DNA from: the human T2T-CHM13v2.0 reference genome, Homo sapiens
DNA length: 64,000 bases
Strand: one strand, 5' to 3'
Assembly (NCBI RefSeq): GCF_009914755.1
Contig: NC_060930.1
Of the stretch, positions 42,038 to 58,166 are shown in pieces; within the stretch, counting starts at the first letter, position 1, and each line of letters starts with the position of its first letter. The translations under genes were made by a program, and so were the position numbers. Under the pieces are notes generated by a model. That model made no database searches. It had not been told where the DNA came from and saw only the letters and a list, made by a program, of their open reading frames with translations.

Positions 42038-42337
42038 TATTTGTATTTTTTTAGAGACAGGATCTCACTCTGTGTCCCAGGCTAGAGTACAGCAGAGCAA
42101 TCATAGTTCACTGCAGCCTCAAACTCCTGGGCTCAAGCAATCCTCCCACCTCAGTATTCAAGTAGGTGGGACTACAGGCACGAGCCACCATGTCTGGGTA
42201 ATTTTTATTTATTGTTTTTGTAGAGATGAGGTCTCCCTATGTTGTCCAGGCTGGATTCGAATTCCCGGCCTCGAGTGATCCTCCCACCTTGGCCATCCAG
42301 AGTGCTAGATTATAGGTGTGAACCACTGCACTCAGCC
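42038..42337 (-). mobile_element. AluJ
   Basis: catagttcactgcagcctcaaactcctgggctcaagc. Confidence 0.9.
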
Positions 42338-42606
42338 AGAGTTCTGAATTTAACATCAGTCCTCTTCCTCTCTGCTCAATTCTGCACCCATTCACGGCTC
42401 TGCCCTCACGCTGTCATACTCAGTTTTACCATTTCTGCCAAACATTTTCTTCCATTTCCTTTTTGGATTCTCCTTTTTTTTTTTTTAAACGAAAAATTGG
42501 TTATATCCAGCCTTAACATCTTCCCTAAACTTTTCCAATTTCTCATCTTGCTTTAGAAATCCCTGTTCTAGGTTTACTTCTTTCTATAGTTTTTTTGGAG
42601 TGACTA

Positions 42607-42999
<393 letters not shown>

Positions 43000-45900
43000 T
43001 CATTCCTCTTGGATTTGTCTATTTTCCTGGCTCAGTTGGCAAGCGCCTGGCCTGAGCAAAATTCCTAATCTCAGATATGGCCATGAGCGTATTTCTGGAT
43101 GAGGGCCATCTCATTATGATGAGAAAGGAAAGGACTGTCCAAATCCAATGCTACTGCTTCAGGGAAGAGGACCCTTGGGGTAAAACCAATGTTGGATGAA
43201 AAATACTTAAGAACCTCACACAAAGGCTTTTTAGAGATTACCATCCAAAATACACACAATGGAGAAGCTCTATCAACTGAAAGGTCTGAACAAGAGTAAG
43301 GAAACCACACATGAAGAGTAAAAAATACAAAAGAAAAAACTTGTGTAAGACCAAGATCTATAAGAGAGAGAATGATCCATTATTGAGTCAAAGATCAATA
43401 TGTAGCTGGTTCAAGTACAAAGGTAACTTTTTTTCCACTTCTAATTTTCATAATTTACATATTTAATCAGAGCTATCCAAATATCACCCATTACAAACCA
43501 ACGCTTAACGTGGAGCTTGTTTCAGAATATGTGTGTTAGGTAGTACTTACATTGTTTACAAGGCTTGGTCATTCAGAACAAAAATGTAATTTCAAGGTAA
43601 TAAGTATGATGTTGCAGTTCTATAATCTAACTGGGTATATTCATAAATGTGAGTCAGAAAGTCACACTTAGTTTAAGGTAACTAACTTCTGATGGAATTC
43701 TTGCTGGTAGATGGTGAATGTGGGTCTTAATGAGCTCTCCTATGAAAGGGGCACTTACCATGGACAGGAAGATATGAAAAAGCATGCTGGCTCTGTGAGT
43801 GCCCCTCAAGGCAGCCTTTGCATTTGTACCAAAATTCAAAGGACGGAAATGTTCAGTCAGAAGTTCTCTTACCTACCTCACTCCAGCTAGGGAACCAAGG
43901 CCATCTATCTCTTTTCCCACAATGCCATGGACAAATGGAATAGAAACAAATCAGCAAAGGTAGCTGCCACATCTTGCCCAATGATGTGTCCTAGAGGCTC
44001 TGAGATTCACTTGAATGAAGTCACCAGCAGTGAAATTCACAGTTAATGGGAAGATGCAAAATGCTCAGGAGACATTAGAAAGCTAGCCCCATAGACCCTG
44101 AAGGTGAAGACCAAAAGCTTCCCCAGTGGTAAGATATAGGAGAGAAGGGGCATTCCCTGGCCCTAAACTTACTAATGTCCTCCTGTGGAACCATTCCTTT
44201 AGTAACTATTAATAAAAAACTGTTAATATGTGCCAGGCATTTTATAGGTGCTAAGAATGTAGATATGAACAAAGCAGACATGGTCTCCACTTTTAAGGAA
44301 CTTAATGCCTAATGGAAAAACTTAAGTTATAAATAACTTAAAATTATAAATTGTGACAGGTGCTATGAAGGAATAACAGGGGAGGCCAACTCTAGCTTGG
44401 CTGGAAAGGGTCACTTAACCAGCCAGGCAAGGGCAGGGGTACGAGGGACTACCTATGAGAGGAAAAAGAAGCATCAGGGCAACCCAGGACTTCAAGGTGC
44501 TTACAATCTAGTCAGAGAGACCTAATGACATCTGATGTTTGTATAGAGTTTTACCACTTACAGATTACTTTCATTGCATCAATTTATTTAAGGCAGATAT
44601 GACACACACATAGAGAAGACTAACAATACTGGTACTTGATGACTGAGCACGTTTCATTGGCAAGGCTTAACTATGAGGCCAAAGGCCAAAGGTGGATTAG
44701 CTTCTCTACTTTCCAGGGTTCCCAAATCCTAAGGCACACTAGTCTTTTTTGCTCCAAAGTACTTAGCTCTTCCTGTGCCTTGCTTATTTTCTTATAATAA
44801 CACTTGCTCTCACCTGCCCTCTCTGTTTCTTTGCTCCATCCATAGGAATGTTAGTTAGGCTTGTTCAGGTTACTAGGATAGGTCACCTTAGGTTTCAAAG
44901 GGGGGTGGGAGTGTGAAACCACCTCTTTTGTGGAGAACTGATAAGATACTGATCCCCGCGCCTGCACAGTTCAAAGCATGGCAACATATGTATAAGCAAC
45001 TGTCTGTGGCCACCCTTCTCAAGACAGAACAGGGAACCAGGCAGGACTCAGCAGCTCTTACAGTAACTGAACAGAGCACTACAGTGATGACAGAGTGGGG
45101 GCAGGGGTTCCTTGCTGCTGCTCCAACTCTGCAAAAGGAGTCAGGAAATGGGGCTTGGATGGCGTGCAGCAGCCAGCAAGATGGCAGAGGTTCACAGAGA
45201 ATCTCTAGCTCTGTGACTGCAGATGAGACACAGGCTGAGATGAGTCTGGCTGTTCTGCCCCAAGTGCCCCCAAAACAACACACACAACTGAAGAGTAGGC
45301 AAGGAGAAAGGTTAAGAATCTAGGGGTGATGGCAAGGTTTTTGACTCTGGAAAAACAAGTATTAAAAATGCTCAAACCTGAGATTTGGGCATAAGAACAC
45401 TTAAATCTCAAGGTGCTTGCTCAGGGGTGAGGACAGGTGTGTACACACACAAACATGCACACACACACACGCACTCACAGAGTTACCTCCACTGACATAA
45501 GAGGCTTCTAAAGTCATTTGTGGTACCATGGGGATCCAATTAACTACAGTCTCTCACAAACATTAAAATCCTAGTTAGACATGAAAACCACTGCTGCGGC
45601 CTATCAAAGGCAAGCCTACAGCTGACAGAGCAGCCTTGAATAAAACAAAGATCCAAAGACAGCAGGTTTACTCTGGAAGCAATTGACTTTATAACCACAA
45701 TTTGACCCAGCATTTTACAGTGGCGACTAGCAGAGGCTGGGGCAATGTGAGGGTTACACTTAACAAGTATGTCCTGGAGAGGCTTGCTCACCCACTGTGT
45801 GCCTCAAGTCCCCTTAGTGCGAAGTCACTAGAGAGAGAAACCAAATGCTATACTGAAAGGAGATGCAGAACACTGTTTAGAGGCAGGTCATAAATTTTCT

Positions 45901-46584
45901 CTGGAGTTTTCTGAGGATTCTGGGATTCTGATTTGCTTCCAAATGAGACCACTTTTAGGGTTTGTACTTTGAGGTCCTGGCTGTCGGCATTAGTGCTGCC
46001 ACTTGGTTTTGTTTTAGGAGCACATATTTAGTAGGCGGTTACATTCTTCTATATGCTGGTTTTTAATTCCTTGGATCTCTAATCCAAAGATGCTTGAAGG
46101 CCTAAACAATGAACCTCTCAAAAATAGGAGAATAAAGAGGCACACAATGAGGTCTGGCAAAGTGCTACAGAGCCCCAGACAAACATGTCAGTTACTGTCC
46201 CTGTCCCTTCCGCCTGATGAGGCTGGGAAGGAAGGTGATCAGAAAGTGGCTGGGACGGCAGGGCTGGCTGGCCACAGTGGCAGGCTGAGGAATAGGTTCA
46301 AGAGTGCTTCAGAGAGGCCATAAAGACTCCTGCAGAAGGTCACGGCTGCATATCTAGAAAGAAACAAGGGATCACTTTCCTTTATGTATGCAGCTCTGCT
46401 GCTGACAGAGCTCTGAGAGTATAATGGAGAAGGGGGCCTGGGACTGGCATTCTCTCCTTGCCAAGAACTCAGGGATCTTGTGCTCTGATTAGCAGCCAGA
46501 CTGGAGAACAGTGAGTTCTGCGGCAATGGGCACTTCTGGAATGCTGTGTGGTCTTTTCTTCTGAAGAAATTCAAAAGTGAATCC

Positions 46585-47288
46585 TAACTTACATGACATT
46601 CTGGAAAATGAGAAACTACGGAGGTAGTAAAAAGATCAGTGGTTGCCAGAGGTTGGTACTGGAGAGTTGGGGAGTAGGGATGAGTAAGTGGAGCACACAC
46701 TCTGTATGATACTATAACAATAGATGTCATTATACATTTGTCCAAACCCATAAAATGTATAACACCAGGAGTCAACCCTGGCCAGGCACAGTGGCTCAAA
46801 CCTGTAATCCCAGCACTTTGGGAGGCAGAGGTGGGCGGACTGCTTGAGTCCAGAAGTTTGAGACCAGCCTGGGCAAAATGAGGAAACCTTGTCTTTACAA
46901 AAAGTACAAAACTTAGCTGGGCATGGTGGCCATGCCTATAGTCCCAGTTACTCGGGAGGCAGAGGTAGGAGGACTGTTTGAGGCTACAGTGGGCTATGAT
47001 AACACCACTGCACTCAGCCTGGTGACAGGGCAAGACCCTGTCCCCCCCCCCCAAAAAAAAAAAAAAAAAAAAAGAGAGAGAGTAAACCTATGGACTTTCG
47101 GTATTATGGACTTTGGGTACTATGATGTGTCAGTGTAGGTTCATCAAATGCAACAAATGTACCACTCTGGTGGAGGATGTTGATACTTGGGGAGGCTGTG
47201 CATGTAGAGGGGCAGAAGGGATACGGAAAATCTCTGTACCTTCCTCCCAACTTTTCTGTGAACCTAAAACGGCTCTTAAAAAAAAAAC
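46585..47288 (+). mobile_element. L1MC1-like 3' end interrupted by AluJ (46780-47073)
   Basis: tgacattctggaaaa...aaaagatcagtggttgccag...gtcagtgtaggttcatc...aatctctgtaccttcc...tgtgaacctaaaac. Confidence 0.85.
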
Positions 47289-47296
47289 AGTCTCTA

Positions 47297-47616
<320 letters not shown>

Positions 47617-47619
47617 CTA

Positions 47620-47917
<298 letters not shown>

Positions 47918-48099
47918 CTAAAAATCCTGAAAACATATTAATTAGGTACTTCATCTGATACACACAAAAAATAGTAACTGGCAAAGAGTAGACAGATGCT
48001 CATTACATGTGTGTTGAAGGTATGAAGTAAAATTTTGTTAAGTGCAAACCTCTGGGTTAACAGAATGTAGGTTCTCACAAGACAGCTCTTTAAATTATA

Positions 48100-48665
48100 T
48101 TTAAAGATAATTATCATGACCCTACAGCCCCTTTGATGGTTTACCTGGATCTTGTTTTATCCCTAGTTCCTTTAATTGGTCCCCCCATGAAACAGTTTCC
48201 TGAACTCCCATCATCTACTTTTGCACAGGTGCCCAGGCGTGTCTTGACCAACACAGAGCACAATAGGAAGGTCATATGGATATATGAACACCTGGCAGAC
48301 AGTGTAGACTAAGACTGCTCAAGGTTTGTAGCAGCCCCACCTAACTATTAGCTCTTATTGAATTTGTGGCCAATCAAAACCACAGTTCTTTTTCCCATAA
48401 ACTTCTCTCAAGCTTGACTGCTCCCATCCTGTACTTGTAGAATTGATTTTCTGAACCTAAATGGAGAGCATCACATTTATCCCCATTAAATTCCATCCTG
48501 TTGGTTTGGTCTCACATTAGGGCCTGGAGAGATCGTTTTGAATTTCATGTCTGTCATTTATCACATTAGTCATCCCTCCTAGCTTTGTCTCATCCAGAAA
48601 CCCGAGAAGCATGCCTTTCAGGGCATTGATAAAAAGAGTGAAATGTTCAGGACCAAGGACAGAGT
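48100..48665 (-). mobile_element. L3/CR1 LINE fragment
   Basis: acatttatccccattaaattccatcctgtt...catccctcctagctttgtctcatcc...cattgataaaaa...ggaccaaggacagag. Confidence 0.75.
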
Positions 48666-48689
48666 CAGAAACACTAACAAGACCTTTCT

Positions 48690-49755
<1,066 letters not shown>

Positions 49756-49760
<5 letters not shown>

Positions 49761-49821
49761 TGAGAATTATAGAATTGGGAGAAATTCTCATAATGGTGAG
49801 AATTATAGAATTGGGAGAAAT
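49756..49821. repeat. Perfect 30-bp direct duplication with a 6-nt spacer
   Basis: AATGGTGAGAATTATAGAATTGGGAGAAAT at 49756-49785 and 49792-49821. Confidence 0.95.
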
Positions 49822-50968
49822 CAAATACATTTGCTATGACCTAACTTGCATTACTAAAAATGGCTCTTGGTTTCATTTTTATACCACCATTATTATCTAC
49901 TTTGTTATCAATATTTTATGATGCCATCAAAGAATCAAATTGAATTACCAGCATTGAGTTAGGTCAGACAATAATTGGTAGTAGAAATGCATTATGTGGG
50001 ATAACACAGACATGCTACTTAAAAACCATGCACTATGAGAGACCTCCACATTGCTGGTGCAGAATTAACATCTCACCTGCAGCTGTGTGGCTACAGGATT
50101 AGACTGTTTTCATATGAAAAGTACCACTTAAGAGAGTTGCTGCTTAATCAGATAAAGTTCATGGCAATGTCTCTAACTCCTGCATTTATATATAATTTTG
50201 CCCAATATAACATTAAGGGCAAGGATAATTCTGATTTCAAAAATCTGAATTTTATTTACTTAGAATTCCATCACAATGCCAGTAGAAGACTCTATTTACA
50301 GTAGGAACTCATACTGTTGACCTAGTAGTCAACACATAAAGTGGGCCATAAAAGAGGCTAGAATGGCCCATCAAGAGCCTGGCAGCTCATCAACCCCAAG
50401 CCATCAGGCCCACTCACCTGAACCTGCACTGGCACCCAGCAGTGCTGTGGCCTAGCCGCATGGGAGAAAGACAGGACCAAATTTCCTACTATGACAGCAG
50501 GGCATTCTGGTCTGTGTTTTGCCCTTCTCTCACCCATAAAATGAAATCTTTCCATTTGAACACATAAATTAAAATGCATTTCAGATGTAATCCCTGATCC
50601 AGCCACATATTTGTGAAGAGAGAACCATGAGAAATAAGGAAGGGGTGGGCAGGGACAGGAAATAGGAGAGAAGGGAAAAGGGAATCTGTTTACCACACCT
50701 CTCTTCCTCCTTCTCAAAGGAATTGTAAGGAAAAAGCAGAGAAGAGTTATGTTTCTCTGCTATAGTTTCAGTTTAGCCCCATGAAAAGCATGTGGCCCTT
50801 TTGCCAGCCAAAAGCTGTAGGGGTTCTATAATCTGGAGTATTCATGGTCACAAAACAGGACAAAGTGAGGGCCTTCCGACTGCACAGAGCTGCCCTGCTC
50901 CCTGGCATGGACAGTCCTTCTTGTAAGGGTAGTTTCAGCCCTGGTCTGGAAATGTCCCATAGTCTCTG

Positions 50969-51223
<255 letters not shown>

Positions 51224-51364
51224 AGAAAAGAGATTAAAAGATACAAGAGAGATGTAGTATAGCACAAAGATCTTCCCAAAAGATTTGTTATTGGACTTTC
51301 TAGCTACAGTTCACTTTTATTTATTTTATTTTATTATTATTTTTTCACATAAACCTTTCGCAAC

Positions 51365-51497
51365 TTTTTTTTTTTTTTTTGAAGATAAGGTCTCGCTATG
51401 TTACCCAGGCTGGTTTCAGACTCCTGGGCTCAAGCGATCTTCCCACCTCAGCCTCCCAAGTAGCTAAGATTACAGGCGTGCATCACTGCGCCTGGCT
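51365..51497 (-). mobile_element. FLAM/Alu left monomer
   Basis: Poly-T followed by a single arm (ctcctgggctcaagcgatc...ttacaggcgtg). Confidence 0.85.
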
Positions 51498-54479
51498 GAG
51501 GCCTTTTTAAATGAGTCTCTCTGGATCACGGATTAGTAACACATAAGAGGCCAGGCTTCCTCCTATAGCCCAGGCTAAACCTGGCTGATTCCAACAAGCC
51601 CTTCCCAGAGGATGCTGTGTTCACCCTGGGTAACCATCCCTTTCCAGAATCCACCCACTGAGGAGCTGGGCCAACTGGATTTTTAATTCAAATTTTAGGC
51701 AGGATGGTCATGCTTCCTTGGTGGGAGGCCTTTTCTTTCCAGATCTGTGGGAGGGCTCAAGTGTTTGATCTTCAGGATAGTGAGCAAGAATTTGATTTGG
51801 ATTAGTTTAAATCTCATTTTCTGCCCTTCCCTAGTGATAACCTTTATCTAATTCACTATAAGATGGACAAAATCTGTGTTGTAATTCAATTTTTTAAAAA
51901 AGACAAGTTGTTCCCAAAATATAACTACTTACTCCTTCATTCCTAAATTCATTCACTATTTTTTTAAAAAAATAACGAAACCATTTTTAAGCTCCTACTA
52001 CATGTCAGGCTCTGTGCCAAGTTGTGGTGATTCAAAGATGAATAAGACATGGTCCCTGACCCTTGAAGAGATATCAGATAAACCCATAATATATCAGAGC
52101 AGTTCTTTGCGGCACATATTTAACTTCTGTGACCATAGCCTCCAAATTCTCTAACAGTGCGGTATTCTGGAAAGAGCACACACCCCTTATGCCCATTCTA
52201 CTGCATCCAGCACACAAGGCTGGGCAGAAAGCAAGGTTCTCTGCAGCAGCCTACCCTGGAAGTTTCAACACAGCCACTGCACTATGACTGTGGCCTTACT
52301 TGGCCTGCCAGCGCCTTTCAGTGCTTACCTTTTGGCAGGTAGAGTTTAACAGGAAGCAATAGCCCTGCTACCAAATGACAGAAGAACACAATCTGAGGGT
52401 TGATGACCTTTGTATTAATTTAAACATCTCAACCTTTCTCAACCAGGACAGGCAGCCACCTCCACTTGTGAACCTGAATTCGGCTGCCACAATTTGCATG
52501 CATAATGTACTGAAAAGCCTTCTTTATAATGTTTACTTCTCTGTTTCTTCCAAATGAAATCACTGAAGGGCAAATTTGATTTTCAAATCAGTTTTAAAAC
52601 ATCTGCCTTCTAAAAAAGTAAGAGTAAAGAGATAAGGCTTTTATATTACAGGCAAGGGCTAATTATTTTAACTGATACCACTGTGTCCATGCTAAAAATA
52701 CAAATGTGGAGACATTTTTAATGCAAACCCAACATCTAATGGATGTTAATATTTCATTAGGAAAAGGATTCCAGTCACGAGGTATGTACCTTGTGATTTT
52801 AGAAGGAAAAGACTAACTTCCTGACCTTTCTTTAAATATAAACTCATCTGACCTTGTGCTTCAGCACCTCTATTTGTTGTTCTATATGACTCTATTTCTT
52901 TCAAATATATGTCTGTCACAGCCTTCGTCTCCAGGAAGCTCAAGGTGTTTAATATATTTCAGTTTGTTATTTTATTTTCTCACTTTCTGCAAAGAATATC
53001 TGAGGGTGCAGGCTTTGCTCTAAAGGTGGAGCTATCACCCTGCAGCTGCTTGGGCCCAGGTATGTGACAGTTAAGGACAGTTTCAAAGGGCTAAGGAGGT
53101 GGGGAGAAGCAGTTACAAGGGTTGGCTCGACCCCACATGGAAGAGTTGAATGCTCACACATGTATTTTATATATACAGCATTCATGCATGTGGGTGTCTG
53201 TACATCTGTCAAGGCAACACACATTAGAAGAAACTTTAGAAGTAAATCCATTATATTTTATGTCTTACATAACTATTATACACTTTTACTGATAAAATAA
53301 CAATAAACGGTATTATTTTAATAAAAACAGCCCTTGGAGCCCAGCACCAAGCCTTGTTTTAGGAATGGCATCTTACAGACGTGGAGACAGAGGCACAGAG
53401 AGAGTAAACGTCTTGCCCAAGGATGCTCGGCTAATCGGCGGCAGAACCATGGCTAAGAGCCAGGCCTCCTGATTTTCAGCCCAGGGATTTTTATTTTGCC
53501 TTTTTTACTTCACTCATGTACAGATAATGCTGCCATATTTCACACTTTTCTTGCTGGTGGCAAATACTAGTAAAGAGTCTAATAACACAATCCCTAGTAT
53601 AAAGGCTAAGATTGAAATAATTTTACATTAAACAGAAACAATTCCAACACAGATTTTCACTTTCATACATGCACCCCTTATTCCAGCAATTACACTGTAC
53701 TTCTCCTGGGGACAGGCTCTGAGCCCTCCACCAGTTAAGTTCTAGTACATAGTGGGTACACAGTAACTGCTAAACCACAGGAGGTTTGCAGCTCTTGTTC
53801 CACAGCGAGCCTGCACTTTACACTCTGACAATCACCAATCACCGTGGGCTCTTTAATTTTGTGGTCAGGCAGATTTTTGCCTGCCACAGTACTGAACTCA
53901 TAGTAGGTACTTGATAAAAAGGGGTTGAATGAGTGAAGAAAGGTCTGCATACGTTTCCTGCAGGTAGATACTGCATTTTCTTATCAGTAAAATGGGAGTC
54001 TTGAGAGAAGGTAGTCAAGACTGGAGGGTCAGAGCAAGGACTAAAGGAAAGCCAAGGGCTGGTCACATTTCCCAGACTCAATCTTTTAGAACCAACCTTC
54101 AGGGCTGACATGCAAACAGAGCTACAAAGAGGGAAATGATTCTGAAACCTGAGCTAGTGAGGAGGGCTCAGGTTTTGCTGCAAACTCCATCTGGCTCCCA
54201 GTACCACTGGCTGAAGTTTAACAAATGAGATCACCATATTTCAAGGTTTAAGATAGGGAGGGGTCAGTGACAAAGATGAGCTTGACGTGCTCATCTTAGC
54301 AGCTCATGGCCCCAAATGTAGGGTGCACACCAGATGGAAAAGGTCACAGGAGACCAACAGAAATCAGGTAAAGGAATGACACAATAACACAGTAACAGAG
54401 ATATCTGTAACTGACACTTCCTATTTTCATTGAAATGTCTGCTTTACTCAAAGGTTTTCATATGTGAGTATTCAGCTGA

Positions 54480-54655
54480 CCCTTGGATCTTCCCTTTTTT
54501 GTGCCAGGGATCTCTCTGGCACTCTGTGAAGCATATGAATCCCTTCTCAGAATGTTTTCAAATGTATAAAATAGAACACACAAGAAACCAATGTTACTGA
54601 AGTACAGTTGTGTGCACAGACCCCTTGGGCATAGTGACAATGAAAGACCCCTGGC
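54480..54655. mobile_element. hAT-Charlie family fragment
   Basis: ctctgtgaagcatatgaatcccttctcagaatgtttt...gaaaccaatgttactgaagtacagtt. Confidence 0.55.
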
Positions 54656-56549
54656 CCGAGGTAGAAAGGGTAGGCTTTATCAGCTGGGAAAACAGGGCTG
54701 CGTATGGGACAGGACATCAGAGTCGGGAAACTGAGACTCTGGATCTCTTTACAGCCAGAACTCTTATTTTTCAAGAAAACATAAGTTAGATGTTCTTATG
54801 TAGGAAAGGAATGCCTCACTTAAGAAATAATAAAAACAGCAACAGCTTTGACACTACTTTTCCATACCCTCTTTTAGATGCGTTTCTCCTCTTCATCCCC
54901 TTTTCCAAATACAATGGAGACCAGGAACTAGCAACACTACTATAGATTTTAGGTCCTCTCTGAAACCACAATTCTCAGTTCTCCAGAGCTCCCATTTCCC
55001 ACTTTACTTTTCATTTGTAGTAAAATTAACAAATCATATGACCTAGACATTTCTAAAGACTACTGGTCTGTGACATCATTTCAAACCATCCCCAAACCTG
55101 AAATCCAAATAGCCAACATCCTAACAGAGGCTAAAGAACAAAGCACAAACCCAGTGAAGGGGAAACCACTTCTGTTTTGAAGGAAAGACTCATTTGGATT
55201 ACGACAGTTAGCCAACACACGCAGGTCTGTAATGGGGGATATCTCCATATAAAATTCCTAAGTAAAAGGGTCACAAGAACTATAAATCCTAATTTAATTC
55301 AGCCAATCTAAGTAAATCCCAAAGAAACATGCTGGGCTAGAAATCAAATCCCAGTAAACAACTGGAAAATGTGGGCACAGTAATATGAGGACTCCAGAGA
55401 TTTCTGCAGCAAATGGATTGTTCTAATGACATTTGATTAAAAATCTGCTTCCACCTGGGTCAGTGCATTTCATGTGCAGAGTGGATTCAGTTCCGCATGC
55501 AGAATAAAAATTTCAATGGAAGGCACAGTGGGAGGAAGAAAACAATAGCTCCCCAAACCCACAGTCATTGAATGTTGTGTCCAGGTTCAGATCTGGGAAA
55601 CAAAGAACTGTGAGATGAGAGATGGCTGTGCCAAATGAACAGGATGCATTTTCCCTGAGCATCACTGCAAAAGGGGCCCAGGGGAAGCCTGATCTCAGGC
55701 CAAACACACACTTTTCCTACACCTCACTGCTCAGTAGCTGAACTCTGTAAAGGTACAACTCACTTGCTTTTTAGTTTTGTCTTCATAAATTGCACACTTG
55801 TCTGTGATTTGGACAAATTTTTAAGCAGACACGGAAAGCAAACAATCATTCAACTTCAGTTTGCTTTGTAGGTGACACTTAGGAAGAGTCAGTGTATTGG
55901 AGAGTCTTTTTGAGGTGTATGTTGTTTTCAAATCAGACTACAGGCAAGTAGTCTATCTTTTCTTTTCTCCCTAACTCCACACAGAGCTCCACATAGAGAG
56001 GGGATCTATCATTCTGATCAACAAATCCAACTTTTTGTGCCAAAAGGGCAAAATAATTTCTTAAATGTAAGGTCAGTTCAAACAACTCCTGCATGTTAGT
56101 TGCCACCATTCACTAATATCCTGGTTTTAGCAAGTCAGATGCACCAAAGTACCAGGAAGGCCACCTGTGTGGAGATAAATGGCAGTCCCCGGTGATCATG
56201 GAAGTACCAGGGCTCCCATCAACATGATTCATAAAATCACATGATATCACAAAATCAACAGTTTCTGGTCTTGCTTAAGCCATCTGATAGGAGTAAATGG
56301 TTACCAAGATGCCTACAGAAACTAATGAATGAATAGATAATGCCAGCTATATCTCAGAAAGAAGAAAAGATAATCTGATGAAAAAACAATCTTAATTCCT
56401 TACAAAAAAGTGCTGAATCTTATGGTATTTCAAGTGTCAAGAAAAAATAAACAGATGACTTTAAAGAGAGGTGGGGAGGGTTACAATGTAAAGCATTTGT
56501 CTGTTTCCTTTTCAATGGTATTTTCCAATGTTTTAAAAAAAAAAAAATC

Positions 56550-56820
56550 AGCCAGATATGGTAGCTCATGCCTCTACTCCCAGCACTTTGGGAGGCTGAG
56601 GCAAAAAGACTGCTTGAGGCCAGGAGTTCGAGACCAGCCTGGGCAATAAAGAGAGTCCCTGTCTCTATTTAAAAAAAATAGAAAAATTAGTTGGGCATGG
56701 TGGTGGCATGTGCCTATAGTCCCAGCTACCTGGGAGATGGAAGCAGGAGGATTGCCGGAGGCTAGGTTTAGAAGCCTAGGTGACAGAGCAGGACTTTGTC
56801 TCTTAAAAAACAAAACAAAA
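56550..56820 (+). mobile_element. AluJ, internally deleted
   Basis: Diverged dimer with a shortened right arm. Confidence 0.85.
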
Positions 56821-56847
56821 TCAGCAAGCACCTCATTCAATCTTTTT

Positions 56848-57712
<865 letters not shown>

Positions 57713-57845
57713 GTTACTCCATTCAATCTTAATGGGGTGGGACTCGGGAGAAGAGTACAGAACATAAAAGGCCCTCTTCCTCTCTCAGGAAAGGACACCA
57801 AGTCATCTAGTGCAAGTTCACTTTACACTTCAGATATAATCTCTT

Positions 57846-58166
<321 letters not shown>

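Noticed and set aside
44888-45323. Antiparallel 131-aa and 136-aa ORFs
   Set aside because: Non-ATG starts, no recognisable homology and no convincing splice context.
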